Assembly: GCF_004010195.1 (NCBI RefSeq)
Contig: NC_057749.1
Coordinates: 12,788,254-12,852,253 of the forward strand
Length of the DNA stretch: 64,000 nucleotides
Source of the DNA: Chiloscyllium plagiosum
Lineage: Eukaryota
Direction: 5' to 3'
The position numbers and the translations under genes were made by a program. The stretch's first letter is position 1; every line of letters begins with the position of its first letter. Below the pieces are notes generated by a model that saw nothing but the letters and a program-made list of their open reading frames with translations, was not told the origin of the DNA and searched no databases. Below are positions 51,261-63,212 of this stretch, piece after piece.

Positions 51261-53191
51261 GTCTTGTACTGCCTGAAGGTCAAAGTGCAGCAATTGATCA
51301 GTCCATCTTGGATGCTTCAAATCTTCTGGCCAGTGTCCCAAAACCTCAGCAGCCTGCCTCTGATGTGATATTTGAGGTGACTGTACAGCCAGTCCATGGG
51401 TTTCTCTCATTAGCTGATGTGGGCAAGGTGCAGCACTTTACACAATCAGATTTACTAAACTATGCTCTAAAGTATACACATAGCAAACTAGGGGCTTTAA
51501 CAGATAGCTTCACATTTCAAGTGTGGTTGAGTCCAAGGAGAAAGTCACTTTCATATTCTGTAGGTGATGGATCTGTCATTGTGCTTACTGAGCTCTTCAA
51601 CATAACTGTTGTGCCAGTGAGGGATCACTCCCCACAGATTGTGACGACAGGAATGACCCTGCATGTCCTGCAAGGCTCCAGCTTTGTGCTGACTCCAGAT
51701 CACGTGAACACAGTTGACTTTGATAATTTACCAGCGGAAATTCTGTACAGTATTGTCACAGGGCCAAACAATGGCTTCTTTGTGAATCGGGTTAATGACA
51801 CAACAGCCATAAAACAGTTCACACAGGCAGATATCAATGCTGGCAGAGTGCTGTTCAAAGCAGATGGGCAGCCAGCCTCTGGCATATTCTGGTTCAGTAT
51901 CTCTGATGGGAAACATTCAGCAGTTAATGGGTCTGTCACTGTTGAAGTTATACCAGTGACTATTCATATAATCCATAACAAAGAAATTGTATTACTGCAG
52001 GGTAATGTGTCAGTGCTGATAACCAGAGAGGAACTCTTAATAAAGACCCAAGAAAATGATATTGTACTCTATAAAATAACCCAACAGCCAAGGTATGGAA
52101 GAATAATTATTAACCAGTCTGTTGTGACTGAGTTCTCCCAGAAACACATTAATAATGGAGATCTAAAATACCACATTAGAGATTTCTCTGTTTATCAAGA
52201 CAGCTTCCATTTCTTTGCAATGACCCATGAGGGAAATCTATCAGGCATTGTGAATGTTACAGTGCAGCCCCTCGTAAGAGTGGCCCAGGATCTGTCCTGG
52301 CCCAGAGGAACAACTATTCTGATTGACACAGATGTTTTGGATGCTAGTGAACTGGCCAACAAAACCCACAGCATTCCTTCCTTCAACGTTATTCAACAAC
52401 CCAGAACTGGAAAACTTGTCAAACTGCATAGACAGACTGGAGGTCAAAGTGATCTAAGGAATAACTTTACGCAGTCTGATTTAGAAGATGGTAATGTGGC
52501 AATGGAACTTTGGGATTATGGTGAGACTAGCCCTTATCCTGAAATTGATAGCTTCCAATTTCTCCTGAAAGCAGATGGAGTACCACCTGGTATAGGTACT
52601 TTTGAATTTAGGACTGTCCCATATATACCTACTCAACATTACAATGCCACATTGCTTACAGTTTCTTCCTTGAGTGGGACCAAGTTACCAGATTTCAGCA
52701 GCAGACCCACAGCTCCAAAAGGTGATAAAATGGATAAATACTCATCGACTGTAACCTGGGATCCCAGTTGGGATGGAGTTGCCAGAAGAGGCAATGTAGC
52801 AACATCAGACAACATAGCAACAGAATCCAGACCAACAGCAACTAATGAGAAGGTTCTTACATCAGCAGGGAATAATCTTACAGCGATTATTATTGCTGTC
52901 ATTTTGATCATTTTGCTGTTTCTGATTGCTGTAATAATCACAATCTATCTGACGAAACGCAACAAAACGGGCAAGCATAATGTGCAGGTACCTCCAACAA
53001 AACCTAAAAATGGTGCTGTGGAGAAAGAGACCTTTAGGAAGACAGATCATGTTCAATCTGTTCCTTTAGTGAATATCAGGCCTCTAAATGGCCTAGAAAC
53101 ACAATCTAACAGTGGGTATATTAATCCTGATGCCAAACAGTTCTGTAGGACAAGCAATCCTACTCTGAAAACTAATCAATATTGGGTGTGA
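51261..53191 (+). CDS. CSPG4: CSPG4 last coding exon (CSPG repeats, TM helix ~52877-52951, cytoplasmic tail ending QYWV*)
   Basis: ctccag|GTCTTG acceptor in frame with ORF 51308..53191; TM LTAIIIAVILIILLFLIAVIITIYL; tail KRNKTGKHNVQV...ETFRK...QFCRT...QYWV matches the NG2 cytoplasmic domain. Confidence 0.97.
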
Positions 53192-53739
53192 TCTTTGCAA
53201 TGGCTCACCCACTTCATCCCAATCTAGGAGGGTGCTTCCAGTGAGTTCATGAAAAGGTGTAATCAGACCATTATCAACACCTCATGTACTGGAGACAATA
53301 ACATTCCCATTGTCTCTCTGCTCTTGCTTCACCAAAAGTCTCAAACCCATTTGGATGGAAAACAATCCCACACAGGATGGGAACCCTGCCTTAGTTGTCT
53401 GACCATGATGTGGCTGGTCAGTGCCTTGTTGGCTCCCTGAGAAGATTTATTCTACACCTCTACAATATTAAAAAGTTTATAAAAAGTGCATAAGGATAAA
53501 ATTTATTCTGTCTTCACCAATCCTTAGATGCTGCCATGTTGTGGTACCATCATTACTGACTTATTGGTAGAGAAGATCATGAGAAGTTGGAGTTACTGTG
53601 GTGAAGATGTGTACTGGGTTATGTTTGTACCAGTCTGGAATATTATTGCAGCTTTTCTTAACAGGCCAAAGGTTATTTAATGGGACATTGGTGTAGGTCT
53701 GAATGTTTTCTACACTGTAATTAGAAACACATACACCGT

Positions 53740-54065
53740 GGGCGGCACGGTGGCACAGTGGTTAGCACTGCTGCCTCACAGCGCTTGAGACCCGGGTTCA
53801 ATTCCCGCCTCAGGCAACTGACTGTGTGGAGTTTGCACGTTCTCCCCGTGTCTGCGTGGGTTTCCTCCGGGTGCTCCGGTTTCCTCCCACAGTCCAAAAG
53901 ATGTGCAGGGTCAGGTGAATTGGCCATGCTAAATTGCCCGTAGTGTTAGGTAAGGGGTAAATGTAGGGGTATGGGTGGGTTTCGCTTCGGCGGGTCGGTG
54001 TGGACTTGTTGGGCCGAAGGGCCTGTTTCCACACTGTAATGTAATCTAATAATCTAATCTAATCT
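53740..54065 (+). mobile_element. Full-length young HE1-type V-SINE downstream of the CSPG4 stop
   Basis: GGGCGGCACGGTGGCACAGTGG A-box, GGTTCAATTCCC B-box, V-domain gtggagtttgcac..gggtttcctccgggtgctccggtttcctccca, CR1-like tail, (taatc)n end; CpG-rich. Confidence 0.92.
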
Positions 54066-54454
54066 CATAGCCTCACAGTCCCTACAGAATTTCTGTGTAA
54101 TTAACATCACCTTTTTCACTCAAAACTATTAAAGCCTGAAGAGATTTCCAGTGTCAATCAAATCAGTTCTGAATACTTTGCAGTGTTAATCAGCAGTTGG
54201 CATTTTTGGAATAGATTTTTAATTGAACTGATGATTTTTTAATTCTTGATTCTCATAAAGGACAGTGATGTAACAGTACTAAACATACTTCACTTGCCCT
54301 CCTTTCAATTGTCACTGGCTTCCTGAGTTAGACTGCCATTCAGACTAAACTGATTACCACTTTTGTTGACCTCTGTGCCAGCTTACATTGTAGCTTGTTT
54401 CTTTCCTTTAAACACTGTCCCTTTCCTTTTCGACACTATCTTTTGTCAAAACAT

Positions 54455-54710
54455 TTAAAATGATACAACACCAGGTTATAGTCCAACAGGTTTATTTGGA
54501 AGCACTAGCTTTTGGAGGGCTGTTCAATAAACCATCTCAGTTACATGACACTGTAATCTTTTGATATAAATTCTGTGTCTTATGATGTTATGCTCCACAA
54601 CCACCTGATGAAGGAGCAGCGCTCCAAAAGCTAGTGCTTCCAAATAAACCTGTTAGACTATAACCTTGTGTTGTGTCCACCCCAGTCCAACACTGGCTCC
54701 TTCACATCAT
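54455..54710. mobile_element. Penelope-like family B asymmetric palindrome
   Basis: Short minus arm 54455-54517; plus arm with ccacCTGATGAaGGAGCagcGCTCCaaaagctagtg at 54601-54636. Confidence 0.78.
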
Positions 54711-57500
54711 CAAAGTTAATGTTCCCAGTTCGAACCATCCTTCCCTCTTTAAAGTCTTTGAATCTCTTATTACCTGCTTGAAATTCTCCAACTGACCCAA
54801 GAATGTGCACCCAACAATACTCAGAGCCCACATTTCACCATTCTGAATATATTAAAATTATTCTGCATCAACAAGGATGGTGCCAAAATTCTAATTCTTT
54901 GTAACAAGAGTCTAGAAAACAGCCACTGACATCTATCAGGAAACCAACTAAAATGAACATAACTCCATAAGAAGGGATTCCTGATCTTCTAAGATATAAA
55001 ATTTGGTAGGGTGGGTCCCATCATTCAGAATTTCCACTTTGGGTGAAAATTAAATTCCCTGTTCCAATGAATCCAGTGAGCCAAGCATCCTGGAAGCTCG
55101 TCAACTCTTCTGGGAGCAGATAGGAATTTTCGTGTAAATTTACAGCAGTGATGAACGCGCAAGCCCAAGATTGTATAAAATTGGCAAATGCAATGTAAAT
55201 TTCTCTTACTGGATATAATAAAGAAATTGTTCTTGTAGCAACGTGGAACTTTTGTTCATTTACACTGACCCCTCTGAACCAAGAAGCAATCATTAAGTTC
55301 CTTCCACTGTCAATTGGTTTTGGAACCTCTTTGGTTTGGGATGGTGCCCACTCGAGATTACTATTATAGTTAAAAAAAAATGTTGTGGAGGAAGGAATGA
55401 CAGGATGAAGTTGTGATGCCCCTTTTAGTAGAAAAAGATGTCTACTCACATGCCAAACAGTTGCCTGGATGAGGTATTGAAGGACAGTCACTCAATGAAA
55501 TTTCAGAACAGACAGATTAAAATAGAAAAAAAACCCCAAAACTCCTGCAATCTTTGAGAAGGTTTCTTTTGCATAAAATGAATCAACCCGAGAACAATAC
55601 TCCGGCCGGGCGGTATCGCAGCAATAACTTTTGTATTATTGTGATAATTGACTCTAGAGTGAACACACTGAATTTAGTCTATTCTAGAAGAATGCAATAT
55701 GTCATTAAAGGGATATAGTGCCACCTGGTCCCTAAATTGGCATGAGTGTCACAGAAAATGGGAGATGTTTCAAGTGATTTGCCAACAAACTGTGGAAAAC
55801 CCTGGACAACACTAAACCTTATAATGTCTGTGCAGATCACATGGTAAATATTATCATGATGTATTAACCATCAACAGGACACCTAGAGTAGATGAAATGC
55901 ACTCTACAATCCTTGAAGGAAGTTGGTGAGAGGTGAGATTCTGATCAATATTCTATAAATGCTGGTTCAGTCTCAGGTCTGTAGCTTGATTCATGTTTAA
56001 ATAGAATTGAGATAGAACAATAAAATTGTGGAGTATTACACAAACATAATGTACAGTGTAATCTGAAGCAATCATTAGTTGGAAGAATTTAGCATTGTTT
56101 TTAAAGTAACAAATGACAGGACAGGGTGATGCAATGATCCACTATCATTTCCCTTCTTGCAGTCCTGGCTTTATATTTAGTGTGGCTGAAACAGAAGTCT
56201 CTTCTCTCTGGTTGTGTGAAATAAGTTTAGGGTGTAACATGTGCTTTCTCTCATACCCAAACTCCAACGTAGAACCAGTTGTGTACATGCACTGAGAAAG
56301 AGACATGACCATTTATCAAAACAGCAAACTCAACTAAAAATGCAAACACCCGTATATATCTATCAACTATTCAGGTGTTAACACACATGCAAGTTAACAT
56401 TGAGAGAATATCCACCTAGTTATAGAAAGAGCACATGTTGGAATACTGGACAGTAATTGGAGGCAAAATCATTTTAATTATATCTAGACTGACCTGGATT
56501 TCAGTTCTGGGCTATGGTGCAAAAGGAACTTCCTAATTCAGTGTATTGTCAACTATCAAACGCCATTATAAAACAGGGAGTAACCCTGCCTTCTTGTTGT
56601 AGCATGCACACCTTGTTTCAACATAATTACTCCAAACTTGCGGCAGTACATTAGACTCATTGATATAAACTTAACCATTAATTGTTCTACACAACTAATC
56701 CAATAACAGCTATAGGTGAGTGTATGAGAGTTACAGATGTGAGCTTTTTTATGAGGCTGCCACATCTAAAAATTCAGCTAAATGGTACTATAATGGTAAT
56801 GATAATGTTAACTGTCCTCTGAAATGGCCTAAGAGCAAACTACACTGTTATCAAGAAGATGGCCCTCCACTGGCTGCTCAAGCAATTCAGGATGGCCAAT
56901 AATAAATTAATGCAAAAAAAATTAGCATCAAGTTTACACTTTAGTAAACCTCAAGCAACTAGTTTAGTTTGATAGAGTTTGATTACATGAGGGAGCAGCT
57001 CAGCTCTATTCCAACATCTCCCAAATCCACAGTTTGCAGTAGCCAGGACAATAGCAGAAGATATACAGCAACACCATCACCTGCAAGCTACTCACCATCC
57101 TGACAGAAAACATAATTGCTGTTCCTTCAATGTCACTGGGTGAAAATGTTGGAACACCTTTCCTAAAAACATTGTGGGTGTGTTCGTGTCAGATCAGGCT
57201 CAGCAGTTCAAGGGGGCCACTTACCATAACCTTCTCAGAGCAACCTCTTTCCCCTGAGTTCTCTGTCTGAAGGTAGGTCTGACCTGTGCTCCCCTATAGG
57301 TAGAACAGAAATGAAGCCAGTGTTATTTACTCCAATCTGAATCACATCAGGAATCCAGCCAATTGAGGCAACTGGCCTGCACAGACAGATAGAGTCTATG
57401 TGGCAACAAGCACGTAGACATACATGTTGGAGCCTGGGGCTATCAATAGTGATGGTAAAGGGTCCAATTTCATTACATCACTTGGCTAACCAGGATTCAC

Positions 57501-58156
57501 CCCAAAGGAGCCTTGCACATCCACCAAAGCTTCACCTGCACTTCCTCAAATGTCATTATTGCATCCATTGCTCCCGATGCAGTCTCCTCTACATTGGGGA
57601 GACCGGATGCCTTCTCACAGAGTGCTTCAGGGAACATCTCCAGGACAGCCGCACCAATCAAACCCATCGCCCCATGGCCGAACATCTCAACTCCCCCTCC
57701 CACTCTGCTGAGGACATGCAGGTCCTGGGCCTCCTCCACCACCACTCCCTCACCATCTGATGCCTGGAGGAAGAACGCCTCATCTTCCACCTCGGGGCCC
57801 TTCAACCCCCGGGCATCAATGTGGACTTCACCAGTTTCCTCATTTCCCCTCCCCCCACCTTACCCCAGTTCCAAACTTCCAGCTCAGCACTGTCCTCATG
57901 ACCTGTCCTACCTGCCAATCTTTCTTCCCACCCATCTGCTCCACCCTCCTCTCCGACCTATCACCTTTACCCCTTCCTCCATCCACCTATTGCACTCTCA
58001 ACTACCTTCTCCCCAGGCCCACCCCCTCCCATTTATCTCTCCACCCCCGTGGCTTCTAGTCTCATTCCTGATGAAGGGCTCCTGCCTGAAACATTGATTT
58101 TTCTGCTCCTTGAATGCTGCCTGACCTGCTGTGCTTTTCCAGCACCACTCTAATCT
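57501..58156 (+). mobile_element. Penelope-like 3' fragment: GIY-YIG endonuclease end plus pLTR with hammerhead, 14-bp TSD
   Basis: HCSRCSLLYIGETG..FREHL..PMAEHLNS; CTGATGA-AGGGCTCCTGCCT-GAAAC at 58068; taaccaggattcac at 57487-57500 and 58157-58170. Confidence 0.9.
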
Positions 58157-59119
58157 TAACCAGGATTCACTCCCACTACTGCCATCTACCACTACTGTGT
58201 GTTGGAAGGGTCAACCATTTGATGCTCAGTATAATTGCTTGCATTTCAAACATGCCTTTCTTCACCGTAAGACCTGGACTGGCACTTAAACCTGGAGCTT
58301 CTCACTCAGAGGCAAAGTCACTGTGCAAAACAACCATGCCAAGAACAATTCAAGATGGGCACTAAATTTCTGGCTTGGCGAGTGACACCCTCTGGTTTGA
58401 AAAGAAACGGTACAGTTTACAGATGAAGATGTTGGAGACAGTCCATTGGCAGCAAAAGGGCAGGGCGAAGATCAGTCTGGAAGGAGTTCACTGACTATAC
58501 CCTCTTTGACCACCAGATGGTGAGTGTGATGCAGACTGGGGCTATGAGAATCACTGCCAACCCAGACGGAGATTGGACACACAGCTGAAACATTCTAATT
58601 AATATGATGACTTGTTTATTATCTTACACAATGACGGAAATTGCTGGTAGAGAATCGACAATCAATGACTACCCAGGAAGCAGGCGTAATGACATCACTC
58701 ACAGCCAATGACAAGGCCTGGTAAAGATCCAATGAAAAACCCAGAAGCTGTGAGTGCCAGGAGTGCTGTAAGGCAGCATCTCCAATAATCTTATACGTAA
58801 AAAAAAGAAAGATCTCACTGGGGAGGGGAATGCCTTCATTATATCATCCAATAGTAACACACAACTTACATACACATAAATATGATTAGGACAAGACTGG
58901 GCAAAGTCATATCTTGATGCTCTAGTTAATAACATTTATGGATTGGCCCTAGGAATCAATGTAACAGGCAAAATATCTTAATAAGCAGCCCCTCAGGATT
59001 GACTCTGAATTACAGGCAAAATAACTGCCTGTCCCATCACACACCCAAACATGTGCACTTCAAATCACAAAGTTTTTGTCCAAATTGCCACAGGATAGCA
59101 GTCAATATGGTTGCTTAGC

Positions 59120-59890
59120 TCATAAATACCCCATTCCTTATATACCTACCTCACAGATGTATCCACACCCCTCACTGTAACATTTTGATTTACCCAACAC
59201 CTCTCACTGTAACAGAGTTGAAGAATTTGGTTCTGGAAAAGCACAGCTGGTCAGACAACATCCGAGGAGCAGGGGAATCGACGTTTAGGGCATAAGCCCT
59301 TCATCAGGAATTGTAAGCCCTGATGAAGGGCTTATGCCTGAAAAATTGATTCTCCTGCTCCTTGGATGCTACCTGACCTGCTGTGCTTTTCTAGCACTAC
59401 AGTCTTGGGACTCTAATCTCCAGCATCTGCAGTCCTCGCTTTCTCCTCTTACTATAACACTCTGATATACCCCACATCCCTCACAGTAACATTCTGATAT
59501 GCCCCACACCCCTCACAGTAACATTCTCATATACCCCAAACCCCTCATAGTAACACTCATATACTCCATACCCCTCACAGTAACGCTGATTTACCCGACA
59601 TCTCTCGCTGTTACACTTTGATATACTCCACACTCCTCAATGTAACATTCTGATATACCCCACACCCCTTTCTGTAACATTCTGATTTACCCCACACCCT
59701 TCAATGTAACTCTCTGACATACCCTACATTCTTTACTGTGACACTAATATACACCTCATCCCTCATTTTAACACTCTAATATCCTCCACTCCTCTCACTA
59801 TAACACTCTGATATATCCCATATGTCTCACTATGACACTTGGGTATATTCCATACTCCTCACTATAACATTCTGATATACCCCACACCAT
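59120..59890. repeat. ~31-32 bp minisatellite (ctcactgtaacactctgatataccccacaccc); resumes at 62793-62882
   Basis: More than 15 degenerate units visible. Confidence 0.88.
59215..59445. mobile_element. Family A palindrome with back-to-back hammerhead motifs, inserted in the minisatellite
   Basis: ..gcccttcatcaggaa-ttgtaagc-cctgatgaagggc..; degenerate flanking duplication 59201-59214 / 59446-59459. Confidence 0.8.
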
Positions 59891-60551
59891 TTCTCTAACT
59901 CAACCTGATGAAGCTAGCAAACAGGACTACTTGCATGCCAAACAGCATAAGCCATAAGTGACAGACACATCTAGGTGATCCACAACAAATGGATCAGATC
60001 TAAGCTCTGCATTGCTGCCTCCTCCAGTCATGAATGGTGATGGGCAAGTAAACAACTCATTGGAGAAGGAGTCTCCACAAATAATCCTATCATCAATGGT
60101 GGAGGTGCAAAAGAGAAGGCTGAAACATTTTCAACAAACTTCAGCCAAAAGTGTCAAGTGGATGATCCATCTCGGCCTCCTCCAGTGGTCCCCAGCATCA
60201 CAGATACCAGTCTTCAGCCAATTCGATTCACTCCACGTGATGTCAACAAACGATTGGAGACAATGGATACTGCAAAGGCTATGGGCCTTGACAACATTCT
60301 GACAACAGTACTGAAGACCTGTGCTCCAGACCTTGCCTCTCCTCTACTTACAACACTAGCATCTACCCAATAATGTGGAAAATTGCCCAGGTATGTCTTG
60401 TTCACAAAAAACAGGACAAATTCTACTCAGCCAATTACCACCCCATCAGCAATAACCTGCTCACTGACACCCAGTTTGGGTTCTGCCAGGACCATTCAAG
60501 TTCCTGACCTCATTACAGCTTTGGTTCAAACATGGACAAAAGAGAAGAATT

Positions 60552-61626
60552 GAAAAATGTGTTGCTGGAAAAGCGCAGCAGGTCAGACAGCATCGAAGGA
60601 GCAGGAGAATCGACATTTCGGGCATGAGGAAGGTGTGCCAAGAAGGCTAAGATAAAAGGTAGGGAGAGGGACTAGGGGGAGGGGTGTTGGGAATGCGATA
60701 GGTGGAAGGAGGTTAAGGTGAGGGTGATAGGCCGGAGAGGGGGTGAGGGCGGAGAGGTCGGACAGAAAATTGCAGGTCAAGAAGGCGGTGCTGAGTCCGA
60801 GGACTGGGACTGAGATAAGGTGGGGGGAGGGGAAATGAAGAACCTGGAGAAATCTGCATTCATCCCTTGTGGTTGGAAGGTTCCTAGGCGGAAGATGAGG
60901 CGCTCTTCCTCCAGGCGTCATGTTGCCATGGTCTCACGATGGAGGAGGCCAAGGACCTGCATGTCCTTGGCGGAGTGTGAGGGGGAGTTAAAGTGTTCAG
61001 CCACGGGGCGGTTGGGATGGTTGGTGCGGGTGTCTCAGAGGTGTTCTCTGAAACGTTTTTTGCGGAACGTTTCAGAAAACACCTCTGGGACACCCGCACC
61101 AACCAACCCAACTGCCCCGTGGCTGAACACTTTAACTCCCCTTTCCACTCTGCCAAGGACATGCAGGTCCTTGGCCTCCTCCGTCGCCAGACCATGGCAA
61201 CATGACGCCTGGAGGAAGAGCGCCTCATCTTCCACCTAGGAACCCTCCAACCACAAGGGATGAATGCAGATTTCTCCAGCTTCCTCATTTCCCCTCCCCC
61301 CACCTTATCTCAGTCCCAACCCTCGGACTCAGCACCGCCTTCTTGACCTGCAATCTTCATCCCGCCCTCTCCGCCCCTGCCCCCTCTCTGGCCTATCACC
61401 CTCACCTTAACCTCCTTCCACCTATCGCATTCCCAACCCCCCTCCCCCAAGTCCCTCCTCCCTACCTTTTATCTTAGCCTGCTTGGCACACCTTCCTCAT
61501 TCCTGAAGAAGGGCTTATGCCCGAAATGTCGATTCTCCTGCTTCTTGGATGCTGCCTGACCTGCTGCGCTTTTCCAGCAACACATTTTTCAGCTCTGATC
61601 TTCAGCATCTGCAGTCCTCACTTTCT
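60552..61626. mobile_element. ~1.07 kb Penelope-like family A palindrome with GIY-YIG C-terminus in both arms, 15-bp TSD
   Basis: Mirror ORFs 60820..61239(+) and 60884..61303(-); centre ctgaaacgtt-ttttgcgg-aacgtttcag; caaaagagaagaatt at 60537-60551 and 61627-61641. Confidence 0.92.
61499..61534 (+). ncRNA. Minimal hammerhead ribozyme motif (family A)
   Basis: ATTC-CTGAAGA-A-GGGC-TTAT-GCCC-GAAA-TGTC-GATT. Confidence 0.65.
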
Positions 61627-63002
61627 CAAAAGAGAAGAATTCCAGAGATGAGACTGACACTCCTCTATATCAAGGCTGCATTTGACTGAGTGTGGCATCA
61701 AGGAGCCCTATCAAAACTGAAATCAATGGGCATCAGGGGGCAAACTCTCTGCTTGAGAGTCATACATGACACATAGGAAGATGGTTGGGGTTATTGGAGG
61801 TCAGTCATTTCAGCTCCAGGACATCTCTGCAGGAGTTCTTCAGAGTAGTGTCCTGGACTCAACCATTTTCAGCTGTTTCAACAATGACCTTCCCTCCATT
61901 ATAAGGTCAGAAGTTACACAATGTTCAGCACCATTCACAAATCCTCAGATACTGAAGGAATCATAAGCCCTGATGAAACATCGATTCTCCTGCTCCTCAA
62001 ATGCTGCCTAACTGGCTGTGCTTTTCCACACACCACATTGGACTAAAAACTGGCAAGTAACATTTATGCCACACAAATGCCTGGCATTGCCCATCACCAA
62101 CAAGAGACAATACAACCAATGCCTCTTGACAATCAATAGCGTTATCATTACTGAATCCCCTCTATCAACATCCTGAGGGTTACCATTGATCAGAAACTCA
62201 ACTGCACATGCCACAAGAGCTAGTCAGAGGCTAGGAATACTATAGTGAATAACCTACCTCCTAACTCCCTATTCACCATCCACTAGGCAAAAGTCAGGAG
62301 TGTGATGGAATACTCCCCACTTGCCTGGATGGGGGCAGCCTCAACAACACTCAAGAAGTCTGACACCATCCAGGACAAAGCAGCCTGCTAGATTGGCACC
62401 ACATCCACCACCTTTAATATTCAGTCACTTCACCATTCATGTTCAATAGCAGCAGTGTGTACATCCTATAAAATACACAACAGAAATTCACCAAAGATCT
62501 TCAGAATGTGCCTTCCAAACCCATGACCACCTCCATCTAGAAGGAAAGGCACACTACTACTTACAAGTTCCTCTCCAAGCCACTCACCATTCTGTCTTGG
62601 AAATATATCACCGTTCCTTCAGTACAGTTGGATCAAAATCCTGGAATTTCCTCCCTAAAGGCATTGTGTGTCAACCTGCAGCATGTGGACTGCAGCCATT
62701 CAAGAAGGCAGATCAGCACCATCTTCTCAAGGGCAATTATGGATGGACAATAAATGCTAGCAATGTCCACATCCCACAGGTGAATAAAAAAAACTCTGAG
62801 ATATCCCATATCCCTCACTGTAACACTCTGCTATAATCATCACTATAGTAATCTGAGATAGCCCACACCTCTCACTGTACATACAGATGTACCAACAATC
62901 TGATATCTCCTGTAAACCCTTGTTACCACAGTCTGCAGGTGTTAGTAAGGACTATCCTTCCTCTGTGCTGTTTAGGGCTTGTTTCAGAGACACTGAAATT
63001 TT

Positions 63003-63212
63003 TGGATGTAGATTTGCTCGCTGAGCTGGAAGTTTTCAGATGTTTCATCATCACACTAGATAACATCTTCAGTGAGTCTCCAGATGGAGCTTTATCCGGA
63101 TGATGTCACCTAGTATGGTGACGAAATGTCTGAAAGTGAACCTTCCAGGTCAGCGAGCAAACCTACATTCAGAACCTCAACCTGAGCCAGAAATCTTCTC
63201 AAAATTTGCTAT
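63003..63212. mobile_element. Penelope-like family D asymmetric palindrome, 12-bp TSD
   Basis: cactgaaatttt at 62991-63002 and 63213-63224; minus arm CTGAAGA-TGTTATCTAGTGTGATGAT-GAAAC; plus arm CGGATGA-TGTCACCTAGTATGGTGAC-GAAATGTC. Confidence 0.75.

Larger units (their letters stand above)
59898..62792 (+). mobile_element. CR1/L2-group LINE of a second family, decayed, with nested Penelope copies
   Basis: TAKAMGLDNILTTVLKTCAPDLASPL; AGVLQSSVLDSTIFSCFNNDL; ends gtgaataaaaaaaa. Confidence 0.8.

Noticed and set aside
53740..53812. tRNA gene
   Set aside because: The tRNA-like head continues into a V-domain and LINE-like tail, so it is a SINE
55021..55491. 156-aa minus-strand ORF near the CSPG4 3' end
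   Set aside because: No recognisable domain or splice support; non-ATG start; plausible by chance
58423..58519. Possible 97-bp exon (tttacag...gtgagt)
   Set aside because: Weak pyrimidine tract, no homology recognised, no partner exons, and it lies after the CSPG4 stop
58660..58740. CCAAT and TGACATCA cluster as a promoter
   Set aside because: Short motifs only; no CpG island or linked exon visible
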